Of a stretch of DNA of 64,000 nucleotides, positions 1 to 13,639 are shown piece by piece (position 1 is the stretch's first letter; each line of letters opens with the position of its first letter). Below the pieces are notes generated by a model that saw nothing but the letters and a program-made list of their open reading frames with translations, was not told the origin of the DNA and searched no databases. The translations under genes were made by a program, and so were the position numbers. Where the stretch lies: contig OZ024759.1 in assembly GCA_964016885.1 (NCBI GenBank), positions 12,586,001 through 12,650,000 on the forward strand, in the 5' to 3' direction. Origin of the DNA: Eledone cirrhosa (taxonomy: Eukaryota).

Positions 1-159
1 TAAATCAACTAATCAATGAATGAACATCATAACCTCCTAACTTTTCTTTCTTTCACTATCTTTCCCTAAATCTATTCCCCTCTTACATTATATCATTTCA
101 TATTCTCTTCACTTCGACATAACTTCCAATTTATTAATTTATTAATTTGACCAATACAT

Positions 160-920
160 ACAGCTGTATAAAAAAGTGCAGGGCGATCAAAATAGATGGA
201 AGCTACGGAGTAGGTAGACCCTGAAAAACCTGGGACGATTTGATAAATTCCGACCTTACACACTTACACCTCTCCAAGACAATGTCACTGGACTGAGATC
301 TTTGGCGCTACGCAATAATACAGAAGACCCGCATTGCCTAAGTACAAAGCGAAACCTACAGTCAGTAGGCACCTCCTAACCAAAAATACACCCCCATCCT
401 ATTACCCCTACCCCCAACCCATCTACACCACCCCTTTCTCTGTAAAGTTATGTTGGTACCACAACATCCAATCCTAAATAATGTCACTGGACTGAGATCT
501 TTGGCGCTACACAGTAATAGAGAAGACCCGCCTTACCTAAGTACAAAGTGAAACCTACTACAGTCAGTAGGCACCTCTAACAAAATACACCCCGTCCCAC
601 TACCCCCACCCCATCCACACCACCCCTTTCAATGTAAAGTTATGTTGGTACCACAACATCCAGTCCGAAACAAATGTGGTCGTGTAGGTGTCACGACAAA
701 AAAAACACACAGTCCACGCTGTAATGTGGCCGTGTAGGTAACATGGTAAAAACCTCCCAGTCCACACTGTAAACGTGGTTGGTGTTAGGAAGGGCATCCA
801 GCCGTAGAAAACCTACCAGACAGTCCTATATGAGCAAGACGACCAATCTTGCCTCAAGTGGGACAATTCCTGTCTAAACCCATGTTAGCGTGGAAGATAG
901 ATGTTAAACGATGATGATAT
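160..920 (+). mobile_element. RTE-clade LINE 3' fragment (ORF C-terminus, 3' UTR, (GAT)n tail)
   Basis: Degenerate SCIKKCRAIKIDGSYGVGRP..TWDDLINSDL. Near-identical to 56270-56830. Carries an internal duplication of about 200 bp. Confidence 0.8.
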
Positions 921-1207
921 ATTTAATATTTTCATGTTTATACCATCACATCTTTATATTTTAACCACCAACACCACAACTATTTTCAACAATCATATTA
1001 GATTCACTTTTCTTCGTACACATAAACATTTTTTTAATTTATTTTTTATCATCTTCATTCTAACTTATTTATTATTATTATTTATTTATTATTTTTCTTT
1101 ATCTTTTTTTTCTTCTTTATTTTTCTCTCTCTCTTTTTCTTTCTTTATTACTGATGTTGTGATTTGAATTTTCTTAGTATATTGCAAACGCTGTGTATAA
1201 TTTTAAT

Positions 1208-1318
1208 CAGTTTTTCTGATGATTTGGTTAAGCATACATTGTATTTAAAATTGAGTGACAACTTCAAGTGATTAGCAATTTTTAGACAACTTAATCAATG
1301 AAACAATTGTTAATACTG
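1208..1318 (+). ncRNA. Type I hammerhead-like motif with an extended helix II (Penelope-like terminal repeat fragment)
   Basis: CTGATGA at 1216, helix II base TTGGTTAAG/CTTAATCAA, then GAAAC-AATT-GTT (palindromic helix III). Helix I cagt.../aatactg is imperfect. Confidence 0.55.
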
Positions 1319-1369
1319 TAAATAAAACCCTTTTTATACTGTTGACCATGTTATTCTTCACTCTTTCAC

Positions 1370-1387
1370 TATATATGTATATCTATA

Positions 1388-1436
<49 letters not shown>

Positions 1437-1451
1437 GTATATGTATTTATG

Positions 1452-1550
<99 letters not shown>

Positions 1551-1597
1551 ATATATATGTATGTATGTATATATATATGTATGTATGTATATGTATG

Positions 1598-1668
<71 letters not shown>

Positions 1669-1691
1669 GTATGTATATATATGTATGTATG

Positions 1692-1724
<33 letters not shown>

Positions 1725-1845
1725 GTATGTATATATATGTATATATATATATGTATGTATATATATGTATATATATGTATGTATATATATGTGTATATGT
1801 ATGTATATATATGTTTATATATGTGTATATATATGTATATATATG
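1370..1845. repeat. (TA)n/(TATG)n microsatellite (similar tracts 2323-2457, 3155-3640, 47180-48350, 57540-57665, 63630-64000)
   Basis: Direct reading of the sequence. Confidence 0.97.
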
Positions 1846-2376
1846 CAGGACTAAAAACAAAACCTGTCAAAGGGCAAAGGTGCTCTTAAGAGTCAATGGC
1901 CATCCAAAATCACCGGGAGAGATGACCCCTTAGCCTTTGTCAAGGCAGAATTCTAGGAGAAGGAAAACTCTGATATAACACCTGCAACCCAGATGGTATC
2001 CAATGATGTTGACTTGTTCTTCTTTTTGGTAAATATCATCTTGGTTAAGAGAGTGGGACTGGCTTTGTGCAGTGCCTTTGCTCACTATAAAAGCTTCACG
2101 GCACAGGCATTTCTTTATATCTGGAGATCTCTCTGCACTTGTCATCACATGGTACCATGGGCCCAGCACTATGTGTCAATAATTGTCACAAGTGTAGTGT
2201 TTGTACCAGAGTTTTCAAGTCGCTGGCTGGACTAAAAAGTCACACTTGTTCACCGCATCGGTAGGGGTTCTCCTACATGGATATAAAGTAGTGGCCGTAC
2301 TCGAAAACGAGTTGGCAGCCACCATATATATGTATATATATGTATATATATATATGTATATATATATGTGTATATA

Positions 2377-2456
<80 letters not shown>

Positions 2457-2459
<3 letters not shown>

Positions 2460-3155
2460 TCATCATTTCAAAATTTCATTTTACGTCCGCTTTTTCCCTG
2501 CTTGCAAGGGTGGGACGGGAACTGATTCTGGCTTGATTTCTACAGCTGGATGCCCTTCCTAACACCAACCTCATTTACAGTGAGTGCCGGGTGCTTTTCC
2601 GTGGCGCCTACACGTCCACTTAACAGTGTGGGCTGGGTGCTTTTTTGCCGTGGCACCTCCACGACCACCTTGCGGTGGGGGGTGTGGGGGCATATTGTCT
2701 ATATGCTTCAGCTTGTACCCATGGGAGGTCGGGTACTCTGGATTACTGCGTGACACCAGAGGACACGGTCGTGTGTCATCGCCTTTGAGAGGTGTAATAG
2801 GGTAAGGTCGGCTTTTATCACCTCATCCCAGGTCTTCTTGGGTCTCCCCACTCCGCGGTTTCCATCGACTTCTAGTGCTCTGCACCTTTTTATGCAGCTG
2901 TCATTCTTCATACGCATCACATGTCCATACCAACGCAACCGCTTCTCCTGCACACAGCATTTGATACATCTTATGCTCAGTCTCTCTCGCAATTCATTTA
3001 TGCTTTGTCGTTCGCGTATATTACTGTTACACATCCATCGGAGCATGCAGGCTTCGTTTCTCTCTAATCTACGCAAGTCTTCCACAGACAGAGCCCAGGT
3101 CTCACTACCATGTAACATTGCTGTTCGTATACACGCATCATACAGTCTGCCTTTC
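2457..3155 (-). mobile_element. RTE-clade LINE 3' fragment with SINE-like tail
   Basis: Encodes [22 protein letters not shown]...[11 protein letters not shown]...[15 protein letters not shown], a typical RTE C-terminus, ending in a (GAT)n tail. Confidence 0.85.
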
Positions 3156-3168
3156 ATATATATATATG

Positions 3169-3202
<34 letters not shown>

Positions 3203-3216
3203 CATATATATATATG

Positions 3217-3362
<146 letters not shown>

Positions 3363-3373
3363 CATATACACAC

Positions 3374-3564
<191 letters not shown>

Positions 3565-3575
3565 CATATACACAC

Positions 3576-3612
<37 letters not shown>

Positions 3613-3854
3613 CATATACACACATATATATATATGTGTGTATGTGTAAAAGAAAGCTGGAGGCGGTGTTGTTGAGATATATGTGGTTGGCTGAACTTAT
3701 TTATTCCTGAATGATGCACTTATCTAAGATGCACGGCTGCACTGGGAGCAGCTACTGCAGTTGCTGCAGTTGCTGCAGTTGCTGCAGTTGCTGCAGCATT
3801 GGTCAAGACTTAGGGAGTGTATAGTGGCAGATATAGAGATGGGATAGTGTGAGG

Positions 3855-4885
3855 GTGAGAGAGAGAGAGAGAGAGGGTGAGGGTGAGGAAAGGGAGGGAG
3901 GGAGGGGGAGGGAGGGAGATAGGGAAGGAAGGGGAGATATATAGAGAGAGGGTTAGAGGGGAGAGAATGAAGGTGATAGATAGAGTGATGATTGATATAG
4001 GGATGGAAAGAGGAGTAGATAGAGGGGAGAGAGAGAGAGAGGGAAGGAGAGATAAAGAAGAGGAGAGAGAGAAAGGAAGGGAGAGAAAGGAAGAGAGAGA
4101 GAGAAAGGAAGGGAGAGATAAAGAAGAGGAGAGAGAGAAAGGAAGGGAGAGAAAGGAAGAGAGAGAGAGAAAGGAAGGGAGAGATAAAGAAGAGGAGAGA
4201 GAGAAAGGAAGGGAGAGATAAAGAAGAGGAGAGAGAGAAAGTAAGGGAGAGAAAGGAAGAGAGAGAGAGAAAGGAAGGGAGAGATAAAGAAGAGGAGAGA
4301 GAGAAAGGAAGGGAGAGATAAAGAAGAGGAGAGAGAGAAAGGAAGGGAGAGATAAAGAAGAGGAGAGAGAGAAAGGAAGAGAGAGATAAAGAAGAGGAGA
4401 GAGAGAAAGGAAGGGAGAGATAAAGAAGAGGAGAGAGAGAAAGGAAGGGAGAGATAAAGAAGAGGAGAGAGAGAAAGGAAGAGAGAGATAAAGAAGAGGA
4501 GAGAGAGAAAGGAAGGGAGAGATAAAGAAGAGGAGAGAGAGAAAGGAAGAGAGAGATAAAGAAGAGGAGAGAGAGAAAGGAAGGGAGAGATAAAGAAGAG
4601 GAGAGAGAGAAAGGAAGAGAGAGATAAAGAAGAGGAGAGAGAGAAAGGAAGGGAGAGATAAAGAAGAGGAGAGAGAGAAAGGAAGAGAGAGATAAAGAAG
4701 AGGAGAGAGAGAAAGGAAGGGAGAGATAAAGAAGAGGAGAGAGAGAAAGGAAGGGAGAGATAAAGAAGAGGAGAGAGAGAAAGAAGAGGAGAGAGAGAAA
4801 GAAGAGGAGAGAGAGAAAGGAAGGGAGAGATAAAGAAGAGGAGAGAGAGAAAGAAGAGGAGAGAGAGAAAGGAAGGGAGAGATAG
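3855..4885. repeat. GA-rich tract with 34-bp minisatellite
   Basis: Unit gggagagataaagaagaggagagagagaaaggaa. Confidence 0.9.
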
Positions 4886-5014
4886 ATGTTTAATGGAAGA
4901 ATATAAGGAAAACACCTCTATAGTGATGTATATATTGATGTATATGTGTGGTTACTATTGCACATGTATGTACACATGTGACTATATATACACTATAAGA
5001 ACATATATATATGT

Positions 5015-5061
5015 TCTTGTCTGATGACCCTGTGATAAACAGGCAAACTTCTGTTACAAGA
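5015..5061 (+). ncRNA. Degenerate type I hammerhead (G12 replaced by C)
   Basis: TCTTGT-CTGATGA-C-CCTGT(GATAA)ACAGG-CAAAC-TTCT-GTT-ACAAGA. Helices I and II are perfect; the core GAAA is mutated. Confidence 0.55.
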
Positions 5062-5100
5062 CACTATTTACCCTTAATAAAATATATATATATATATATA

Positions 5101-5437
5101 CCCCCACCCCATCCACACCACCCCGTTCTATGTAAAGTTATGTTGGTGCCACAACATCCAGGCCGAAACAAATGAGGTCGTGTAGGTGTCACGACAAAAA
5201 AACACACAGTCCACGCTGTAATGTGGCCGTGTAGGCAACACGGTAAAAACCTCCCAGACCCACACTGTAAATGTGGTTGGTGTTAGGAAGGGCATCCAGC
5301 TGTAGAAAACCCGCCAGACAGTCCTATGCGAGCAAGACAATCAATCTTGCCTCAAGTGGGACTACCCCCGTCCAAACCCATGCAAGCGTGGAACACGGAC
5401 GTTAAACGTTGATGATGATGATGATGATGATGATGAT
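5101..5437 (+). mobile_element. RTE 3' UTR-derived repeat (other copies about 11632-12010 +, 26095-26245 +, 27495-27955 -, 28180-28385 -, 51885-52110 -)
   Basis: Shared gttaggaagggcatccagc...cccatgcaagcgtggaa..ggacgttaaacg(atg)n. Confidence 0.8.
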
Positions 5438-5581
5438 ATATATATATATATATATGTAGGAGGTGAGTTTTATTGTAGTACAATAAAGCAATGCAGATAT
5501 CGGATAAGAAGCACTCTACAGTTTGTAAAACTGGAGTATACATAATATATAAGATCAAAAGATCGTTAAATGAGTTCCATG

Positions 5582-5652
5582 TATTTTATTATGTGCATTT
5601 CAAAAACAAATATCATCATGCAATAACATTTTTGTTTTCATCAGATAAAATA
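5582..5652 (-). ncRNA. Type I hammerhead, left arm of fold-back
   Basis: Reverse-complement copy of 5757-5827 with an intact CUGAUGA/GAAA core. Confidence 0.7.
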
Positions 5653-5756
5653 GGAAGACATGATATGAATGTTAAAAACACTTGTGGATAGTGTAGTTAT
5701 GTTGATTTAAAACTGCACTATCCACAAGTGTTTTTAACCTTCATATCATGTCTTCC

Positions 5757-5827
5757 TATTTTATCTGATGAAAACACAAATGTTATTGCATGATGATATT
5801 TGTTTTTGAAATGCGCATAATAAAATA
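5757..5827 (+). ncRNA. Type I hammerhead ribozyme motif
   Basis: Helix I TATTTTAT/ATAAAATA, core CTGATGA, helix II of 16 positions (15 paired) with loop GCAT, GAAA, palindromic helix III AUGCGCAU, cleavage triplet AUA. Confidence 0.8.
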
Positions 5828-5877
5828 CATGGAACTCATTTAACCATCTTTTGATCTTATATATTATATATATATAT

Positions 5878-6735
5878 AAATGGAAAAAAATTAAACGAAA
5901 TTTCATTTTTCACTCACTCTTAGTATGGCTGTTACTTAAATATATGTATAGCTTATACATATATGTATACAGACGTACTGTGGTATGTATATATATACAT
6001 GCCTGCACACATATATATATGTACATATGGATTTACCGAACATTTATTATAATGCTCGGTGTGTTTGTAAACAAACATCCCGAATTAAGCCGTACAGTGT
6101 TTAGCAACCATCGTTGCCCTTTTGTTCAACGGTGGCAAAGGAACGATGTATTAGTTTCAAGCTAATTAGCTATCGTCAGCACCGTATACCTTCCTGCCAG
6201 ATGATTGAACATCTGAAAGTATATACCTTCCTCATGCATATTAACGGCTGAGCAGCTCAATTTGCATATCGAGTGAGTTAATCGGCCGGGCGCACCGAGA
6301 ACGATAAATGGAAAATAATGAAACAAAATTTCATTTCTCACTCACTCTTAGTGCGGCTGTTACTTAAATATAAGTATGTATACGCACATACATATATGTA
6401 TACAGACGTACAGTAGTATGTATATATATACATACATGCACACATATATATATGTATGTATTGATTCACCGAACATTTATTATAATGCTCGGTTTGTTTG
6501 TAAACAAACATCCCGAATTAAGCCGTACAGTGTTTAGCAACCATCGTTGCCCTTTTGTTCAACACTGGCAAAGGAACAATGTACTAGTTTCAAGCTTATT
6601 AGCTATCATCAGCACCGTATACCTTCCTGCCAGATGATTGAACGTCTGAAAGTATATACCTTCCTTATGCATATTTCTCACTCTTAGTACGGCTGTTACT
6701 TAAATATAAGTATGTATACGCACATACATATATGT
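5878..6735. repeat. About 430-bp direct duplication plus a partial third copy
   Basis: 5878-6240 matches 6306-6673; the unit start recurs at 6675-6735. Confidence 0.85.
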
Positions 6736-7234
6736 TTACAAACAAACCGAGCATTATAATAAATGTGTCTCGCTCATATGCTTCTGGCTGGTTTTCTACG
6801 ACACCCGACGCAACTTGCCTCTAAATGACACCCGCCTAACTCATGGTAGCGTGGCAGATGGACGTTAACTGATGATGCTGATGATGACACATTAACAGTC
6901 CCCCGACCTGATCCCTCACAAAGGGACAGCCCATCCTATTCATGCTAGCGTGGAAGATGGACATTAAGTGATGATGATGACGTGCCTAAATTAGAAAGCA
7001 AAGGCAACAGATTTGTAGCATCAAAGGAATGTTGGCCAATATGTGTTGTTTAGTAACTCAACACAGATTCTTAAATGAAATTATTTTTTGGTATTTTGTT
7101 GTTTTAGATAAATCATCATCATCATTTAGTGTCCATTTTCCTGCTAGCATGGGTTGGACTGTGTCTTGCTCATACAGAACTTTTTCTGGCTTGGTTTCTA
7201 CGGTTGCTGGATGCCCTTCCTAACACCAACCACA

Positions 7235-7900
7235 TTTAAAGTGTGAGCAGGGTGCTTTTTATTGTTGCACCAAAACAAGTACTTTACAGTGTGGACTAGG
7301 TGCTTTTTATTGTTGCACCAAAACAAGTACTTTACAGTGTGGACTAGGTGCTTTTTATTGTGACACCAAAACAAGTACTTTACAGTGTTGACTAGGTGCT
7401 TTTTATTGTGACACCAAAACTAGTACTTTACAGTGTGGACTAGGTGCTTTTTATTGTGACACCAAAACAAGTACTTTACAGTGTGGACTAGGTGCTTTTT
7501 ATTGTGACACCAAAACTAGTACTTTACAGTGTGGACTAGGTGCTTTTTATTGTGACACCAAAACAAGTACTTTACAGTGTTGACTAGGTGCTTTTTATTG
7601 TGACACCAAAACTAGTACTTTACAGTGTGGACTAGGTGCTTTTTATAGTGACACCAAAACAAGTACTTTACAGTGTTGACTAGGTGCTTTTTATTGTGAC
7701 ACCAAAACTAGTACTTTACAGTGTGGACTAGGTGCTTTTTATTGTGACACCAAAACTAGTACTTTACAGTGTGGACTAGGTGCTTTTTATAGTGACACCA
7801 AAACTAGTACTTTACAGTGTGGACTAGGTGCTTTTTATTGTGACACCAAAACTAGTACTTTACAGTGTGGACTAGGTGCTTTTTATTGTGACACCAAAAC
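7235..7900. repeat. 48-bp minisatellite, about 13 copies
   Basis: Unit tttacagtgtggactaggtgctttttattgtgacaccaaaac(a/t)agtac, expanded inside an RTE-tail repeat. Confidence 0.95.
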
Positions 7901-8084
7901 GACCAACTGACAGGTTGGACTGTGTATTCTTTCATCATTTTACCAGCACAGCCACCATTTTAAAACAAACAGTTTTGTATCGTAGAATGAGCGGCAGTTT
8001 CAGATAGCTGACATTCTGAAAATGTGACACACATAAATCAATGTATTTCTTTGGAAATAATTCCAAATAAATTTCTACTTGCAG

Positions 8085-8149
8085 GATCTGTATCTCTGGA
8101 GAACGGTTTACGTGTTTTTGTTATGGAAAAGTTTGAAGACCTTCTTAAG
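8085..8149 (+). CDS. EFCAB6: EFCAB6-like multi-EF-hand protein, first visible exon (internal)
   Basis: ttgcag acceptor and aag|gtagac donor. Encodes xSVSLENGLRVFVMEKFEDLLK. Ends in phase 0, matching the next exon. Confidence 0.75.
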
Positions 8150-8234
8150 GTAGACAACTCTTCTCCTCCTTCTTCTTCTTCTTCTTCCTCCTACCCCTCT
8201 TCCTCTTCCTCCTTCTTCTTTGCCCACTTAGAGC

Positions 8235-8565
8235 AAAGTCCTCAAACACTCCATCCAGAGGGTCCTGTCAGAAGCAACCGTCTCCAATTGATCTGGCTTG
8301 ATCCCCAAGCGAGACCAGCCAAGCGCATGGATGTTATCCAACCATCTTGCTCAGGGTCTACCTCTTGATCTCCTGCCAGTTGGTTTTGTCCATAACATCT
8401 GTCCAACGATTCTTTCCTGAGACATTTCAACCCCATCCCAATAGTATCCGCCGAGCTGTGAAGTAACGGCTTTACCTGGAGTGACTCTCTGATCTCTGAG
8501 CTACACACTCTATCGAGTAATGTTACTCCACAAACCCTTCGGAGGAACCCCATTTCAGCTGCTTC
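8235..8565 (-). mobile_element. RTE-like LINE ORF fragment
   Basis: MGFLRRVCGVTLLDRVCSSEIRESLQVKPLL is typical of the RTE post-RT region. Frameshifted. Confidence 0.7.
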
Positions 8566-8581
8566 TGGACAAAGATGCCTG

Positions 8582-9458
8582 AAAGGACAGAGACCAGCAG
8601 CCAGTGGTCAACAGAGAGACACTCCACAAGGTGGGTGACAGGCAGATGAAATATAATGTCTCAAAGGACAGAGACCAGTGGTCAGTGGTCAACAGAGAGA
8701 CAATCCACAAGGTGGGTGACAGGCAGATGATATATAATGTCTCAGAGGACAGAGACCAGCAACCAGTGGTCAACAGAGAGACAATCCACAAGGTGGGTGA
8801 CAGGCAGATGATATATAATGTCTCAAAGGACAAAGACCAGCAGCCAGTGGTCAACAGAGAGACACTCCACAAGGTGGGTGACAGGTAGATGAAATATAAT
8901 CTCTCAAAGGACAAAGACCAGCAGCCAGTGGTCAACAGAGAGACAATCCACAAGGTGGGTGACAGGCAGATGAAATATAATGTCTCAGAAGACAGAGACC
9001 AGTGGTCAGTGGTCAACAGAGAGACAATCCACAAGGTGGGTGACAGGCAGATGAAATATAATGTCTCAGAAGACAGAGACCAGTGGTCAGTGGTCAACAG
9101 AAAGACAATCCACAAGGTGGGTGACAGGCAGATGATATATAATGTCTCAGAGGACAGAGACCAGCAACCAGTGGTCAACAGAGAGTAAAGCACAAGGTGG
9201 GTGACAGGCAGATATATAATGTCTCAAAGGACAGAGACGAGCAGCCAGTGGTCAACAGAGAGACACTCCACGAGGTGGGTGACAGGTAGATGATATATAA
9301 TGTCCCAGAGGACAGAGACCAGCAGCCAGTGGTCAACAGAGAGACACTCCACGAGGTGGGTGACAGGTAGATGAAATATAATGTCTCAAAGGACAGAGAC
9401 CAGCAGCCAGTGGTCAACAGAGAGACAATCCACAAGGTGGGTGACAGGCAGATGAATT
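8582..9458. repeat. 81-bp minisatellite, about 11 copies
   Basis: Unit aggacagagaccagcagccagtggtcaacagagagacaatccacaaggtgggtgacaggcagatg... Confidence 0.95.
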
Positions 9459-9645
9459 ATAGAAAAGATTGAAAGAGGAGGAGGTCAATGAGAAGTGTGT
9501 AGGTGCACAGAAGTGACTGGAAGAAGGAAATAAAGTTGTCTTGTATATCTTCTTTCATAGTCATCTCTCTGGTCCAGGACACACCTCCGTATATATAGTT
9601 AAACGCTGATGGTGTCTCTTGTTTTCTGTTCTTCTCTGTTGTCAG

Positions 9646-9765
9646 GCATTTATGTATTTTGATTCAAAGAGGAATTCCTCTATCCAAGTTGGAGATTTCC
9701 GAAAGGTTATAGAGATGTTCTTTGGACAAATTCCAGACACTGCCTTTGATTCTATTATTGAAAAG
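9646..9765 (+). CDS. EFCAB6: EFCAB6-like exon 2 (EF-hand)
   Basis: Pyrimidine tract plus gtcag acceptor, aag|gttagt donor. Encodes AFMYFDSKRNSSIQVGDFRKVIEMFFGQIPDTAFDSIIEK, a helix-loop-helix. Confidence 0.9.
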
Positions 9766-9789
9766 GTTAGTCACCTTTATTTTAAAACC

Positions 9790-11125
9790 CCCACACTACA
9801 CTGTACTACACTACACCACACCACACTGTACTACACTACACCACACCACACTGTACTACACTACACCACACCACACTGTACTACACTACACTACACTGTA
9901 CTACACTACACCACACCACACTGTACTACACTACACCACACCACACTGTACTACACTACACTACACCACACTGTACTACACTACACCACACCACACTGTA
10001 CTACACTACACTACACTATACTGTACTACAGTACACCACACCACACTGTACTACACTACACTGTACTACACTACACTACACTACACTATACTGTACTACA
10101 CTACACTACACTGTACTACAGTACACCACACCACACTGTACTACACTACACTACACTACACTGTACTACAGTACACCACACCACGCTGTACTACACTACA
10201 CTACACTGTACTACCCTACACTACACTGTACTACACTACACTACACTACACTGTACTACCCTACACTACACTGTACTACACTACACTACACTGTACTACC
10301 CTACACTACACTGTACTACACTACACCACACCACACTGTACTACACTACACTACACCGTACTACACTACACCACACTGTACTACACTACACTACACCACA
10401 CTGTACTACACTATACTACACCACACCACACTGTACTACACTACACTACACCACACTGTACTACAGTACACCACACCACACTCTACTACACTACATTACA
10501 CTGTACTACACTACACTACACTGTACTACCCTACACTACACTACACTGTACTACACTACACCACACGGTACTACACAACACTACACTGTACTACACTACA
10601 CTGTACTACACTACACCACACGGTACTACACTACACTACACTGTACTACACTACACTGTACTACCCTACCCTACACTGTACTACACCACACCACACGGTA
10701 CTACACAACACTACACTGTACTACACTACACCACACTGTACTATACTACACTACACCACACCACACTGTACTACACTACACTACACCGCACTGTACTAGA
10801 TTACACCACACTACACTACACCACACTACACCACACTACACTACACTACACTACACTACACCACACTACACCACACTACACCACACTACACTACACTACA
10901 CCACACCACACTACACTACACTACACACCACAACACCACACTACACAATACTACACCACACTACACCACACCACACTACACCACACCACACTACACTACA
11001 CTACACTACACCACACTACACCACACTACACTACACCACACCACACCACACCACACCACACCACACCACACCACACCACACCACACCACACCACACCACA
11101 CCACACCACAACTCCACACCACACT
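9790..11125. repeat. (CTACA/CCACA)n pentanucleotide satellite
   Basis: Direct reading of the sequence. Confidence 0.95.
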
Positions 11126-11188
11126 TCAACCATCATCATCAGCGTCTCTATTTAAATCTAAACAATCTTTCTCTCTCTCTCTCTGCAG

Positions 11189-11298
11189 ATCAGTACGAAT
11201 CCAAATGGCACATTGAATTATTCTAACTTTTTAAGTAAATTTAGTTTAAAGAACACCTCATCCAACAATGGATTTACAAATATTCCCAGAAAACAAAG
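11189..11298 (+). CDS. EFCAB6: EFCAB6-like exon 3
   Basis: (ct)n-gcag acceptor, ag|gtgggt donor. Encodes ISTNPNGTLNYSNFLSKFSLKNTSSNNGFTNIPRKQ, the paired EF-hand. Phase 0 to 2. Confidence 0.9.
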
Positions 11299-11338
11299 GT
11301 GGGTATTCTGTAATTCCAGATTCCAGATTCAAAGATCA

Positions 11339-11425
11339 TACGAGGGTCGACTGAAAAGTTCATAGTCTGACCAAGATACTCTCATGAAATGACCAAATGA
11401 GGTTTATTTATCAACATAGTCCCTG
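11339..11425. mobile_element. Mariner-like terminal fragment
   Basis: TA-CGAGGGTCGACTGAAAAGTTC resembles mariner terminal inverted repeats; no partner repeat seen. Confidence 0.4.
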
Positions 11426-11573
11426 GATAGAGGCACTGCAGTTATTAATAAGATGATTTGTTGTTTTTTTGTCTACCTGAAAGGGAAAAAAAAAACGTTT
11501 TATAAAATGAGCTATACTTAAGCACGTGCGGAAGCATGAGTTTGTGTGTGTGTGTGTGTATGTGTGTATATAC

Positions 11574-11632
<59 letters not shown>

Positions 11633-12224
11633 CAAAGTAAAACCTACTACAGTCAGTAGGCATCTCTAACAAAATACACCCCCCCCCCATCCACACCGCC
11701 CCCCTTCTATGTAAAGTTATGTTGGTGCCACACCATCCAGGCCGAAACAAATGAGATCGTGTAGGTGTCACGACAAAAAAACACACAGTCCACGCTGTAA
11801 TGTGGCCGTGTAGGCAATACGGTAAAAACCTCCCAGACCCACACTGTAAATGTGGTTGGTGTTAGGAAGGGCATCCAACTGTAGAAAACCTGCCAGACAG
11901 TCCTATGTGAGCAAGACAATCACTCTTGCCTCAAGTGGGAAAACCCCCGTCCAAACCCATGCAAGCGTGGAACACGGACGTTAAACGATGGTGATGATGA
12001 TGATGATGATATATATATATAATAAAAGGGGAAGGAACGAAGTACCATCATTGTGTTAATTCAAATGTTTATAATATCTCTTGTAGTAGACAGATAGTCA
12101 TGAGACTTTGTAGTACTAGGATTTATTTCAACTCGCTGACATGTATGTTTGTGTATGTGACACAATACATTTGTATGTATGAGTATATAGATATAAACGT
12201 GCAAACACAGATGCACATACAAAA

Positions 12225-13310
12225 ATATACACTCACACATACATTCACACGGCATACATGCATTTACACAAACACATACATTCACACAAACACACATATA
12301 TATTCACATAAACACACACACACACATACATTCACACATAAGCACACATACATTCACACAAACACACACGTACATTCACACAAACACACACACATACTTT
12401 CACAGCATACATGCAATTACACAAACACATACATTAACACAAACACACATATACATTCACATAAACACACACACACACATACATAAATTCCCACAAACAC
12501 ACACATACATTCACACAAACACACATACATTCACACATACATACATTCACACAAACGCACACATACATTCACACAAACACACATACATTCACACAAACAC
12601 ATACATACATTCACACAAACACACACACATACATTCACACAAACACACACATACATTCACACAAACACACACACATACATTCACTCAGCATACATGCATT
12701 TACACAAACACATACATTCACACAAACACACACACATACATTCACACAGCATACATGCATTCACACAAACACACATATACATTCACATAAACACACATAT
12801 ACATACATTCACACAAACACACACATACATTCACACAAACACATACATACGTTCACACAAACACACACACATACATTCACACAAACACACATACATACAT
12901 TCACTTAAACACACACATACATTCACACAAACACGCACACATACATTCACACAAACACACACATACATTCACACAAACACACACACATACATTCACTCAG
13001 CATCCATGCATTTACACAAACAGATACATTCACACAAACACACATACATTCACATAAACACACACACATACATACATTCACACAAACACACACATACATT
13101 CACACAAACACATACATACATTCACACAAACACACACACATACATTCACACAAACAAACATACATACATTCTCTTAAACACGCACACATACATTCACACA
13201 AACACACATACCTTCACACAAACACATTCATACATTCACACAAACACACACATATTTTCACACAAACACACACATACATTCACACAAACACACATACATT
13301 CACACAGCAT
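12225..13310. repeat. CA-rich degenerate repeat (similar tract 39680-40290)
   Basis: cacacatacattcacacaaa-type units. Confidence 0.9.
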
Positions 13311-13639
13311 AACAAATGGAACGGCAGCTGCTATTTTGCTATAGGTTTTTCACCAGCAGCAGATGTAAAGAGAGAGGAGTAGTATGAGGTAGTGAAACTA
13401 CTCCCCTCTCTTTACATGTTGTGACAGATTGGCAGAAATTTATATATAGATTATAGTAAGGACTTTAATATTTAAAGTGATGCAGTCATAGAGTTGGTTT
13501 GTTAGTTTTCAAGAATGTCTTGCTAAATGTGGTGCCATGTGGTACAGGACATTAAGGGTTAAGGTGGTGCCCCAGCATGACCACAGTCTAATGATTGATA
13601 CAGTAAAATAGTTCATTTCTATGACTTCTTAGTCTTGTG

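Noticed and set aside
5455-5470. Strong donor-like ag|gtgagt
   Set aside because: It is preceded by (TA)n and a repeat tail, with no plausible exon upstream.
13363-13417. let-7 microRNA gene or hammerhead
   Set aside because: Only 9 nt (TGAGGTAGT) match let-7, and they lie in the loop rather than an arm. There is no CUGANGA core.
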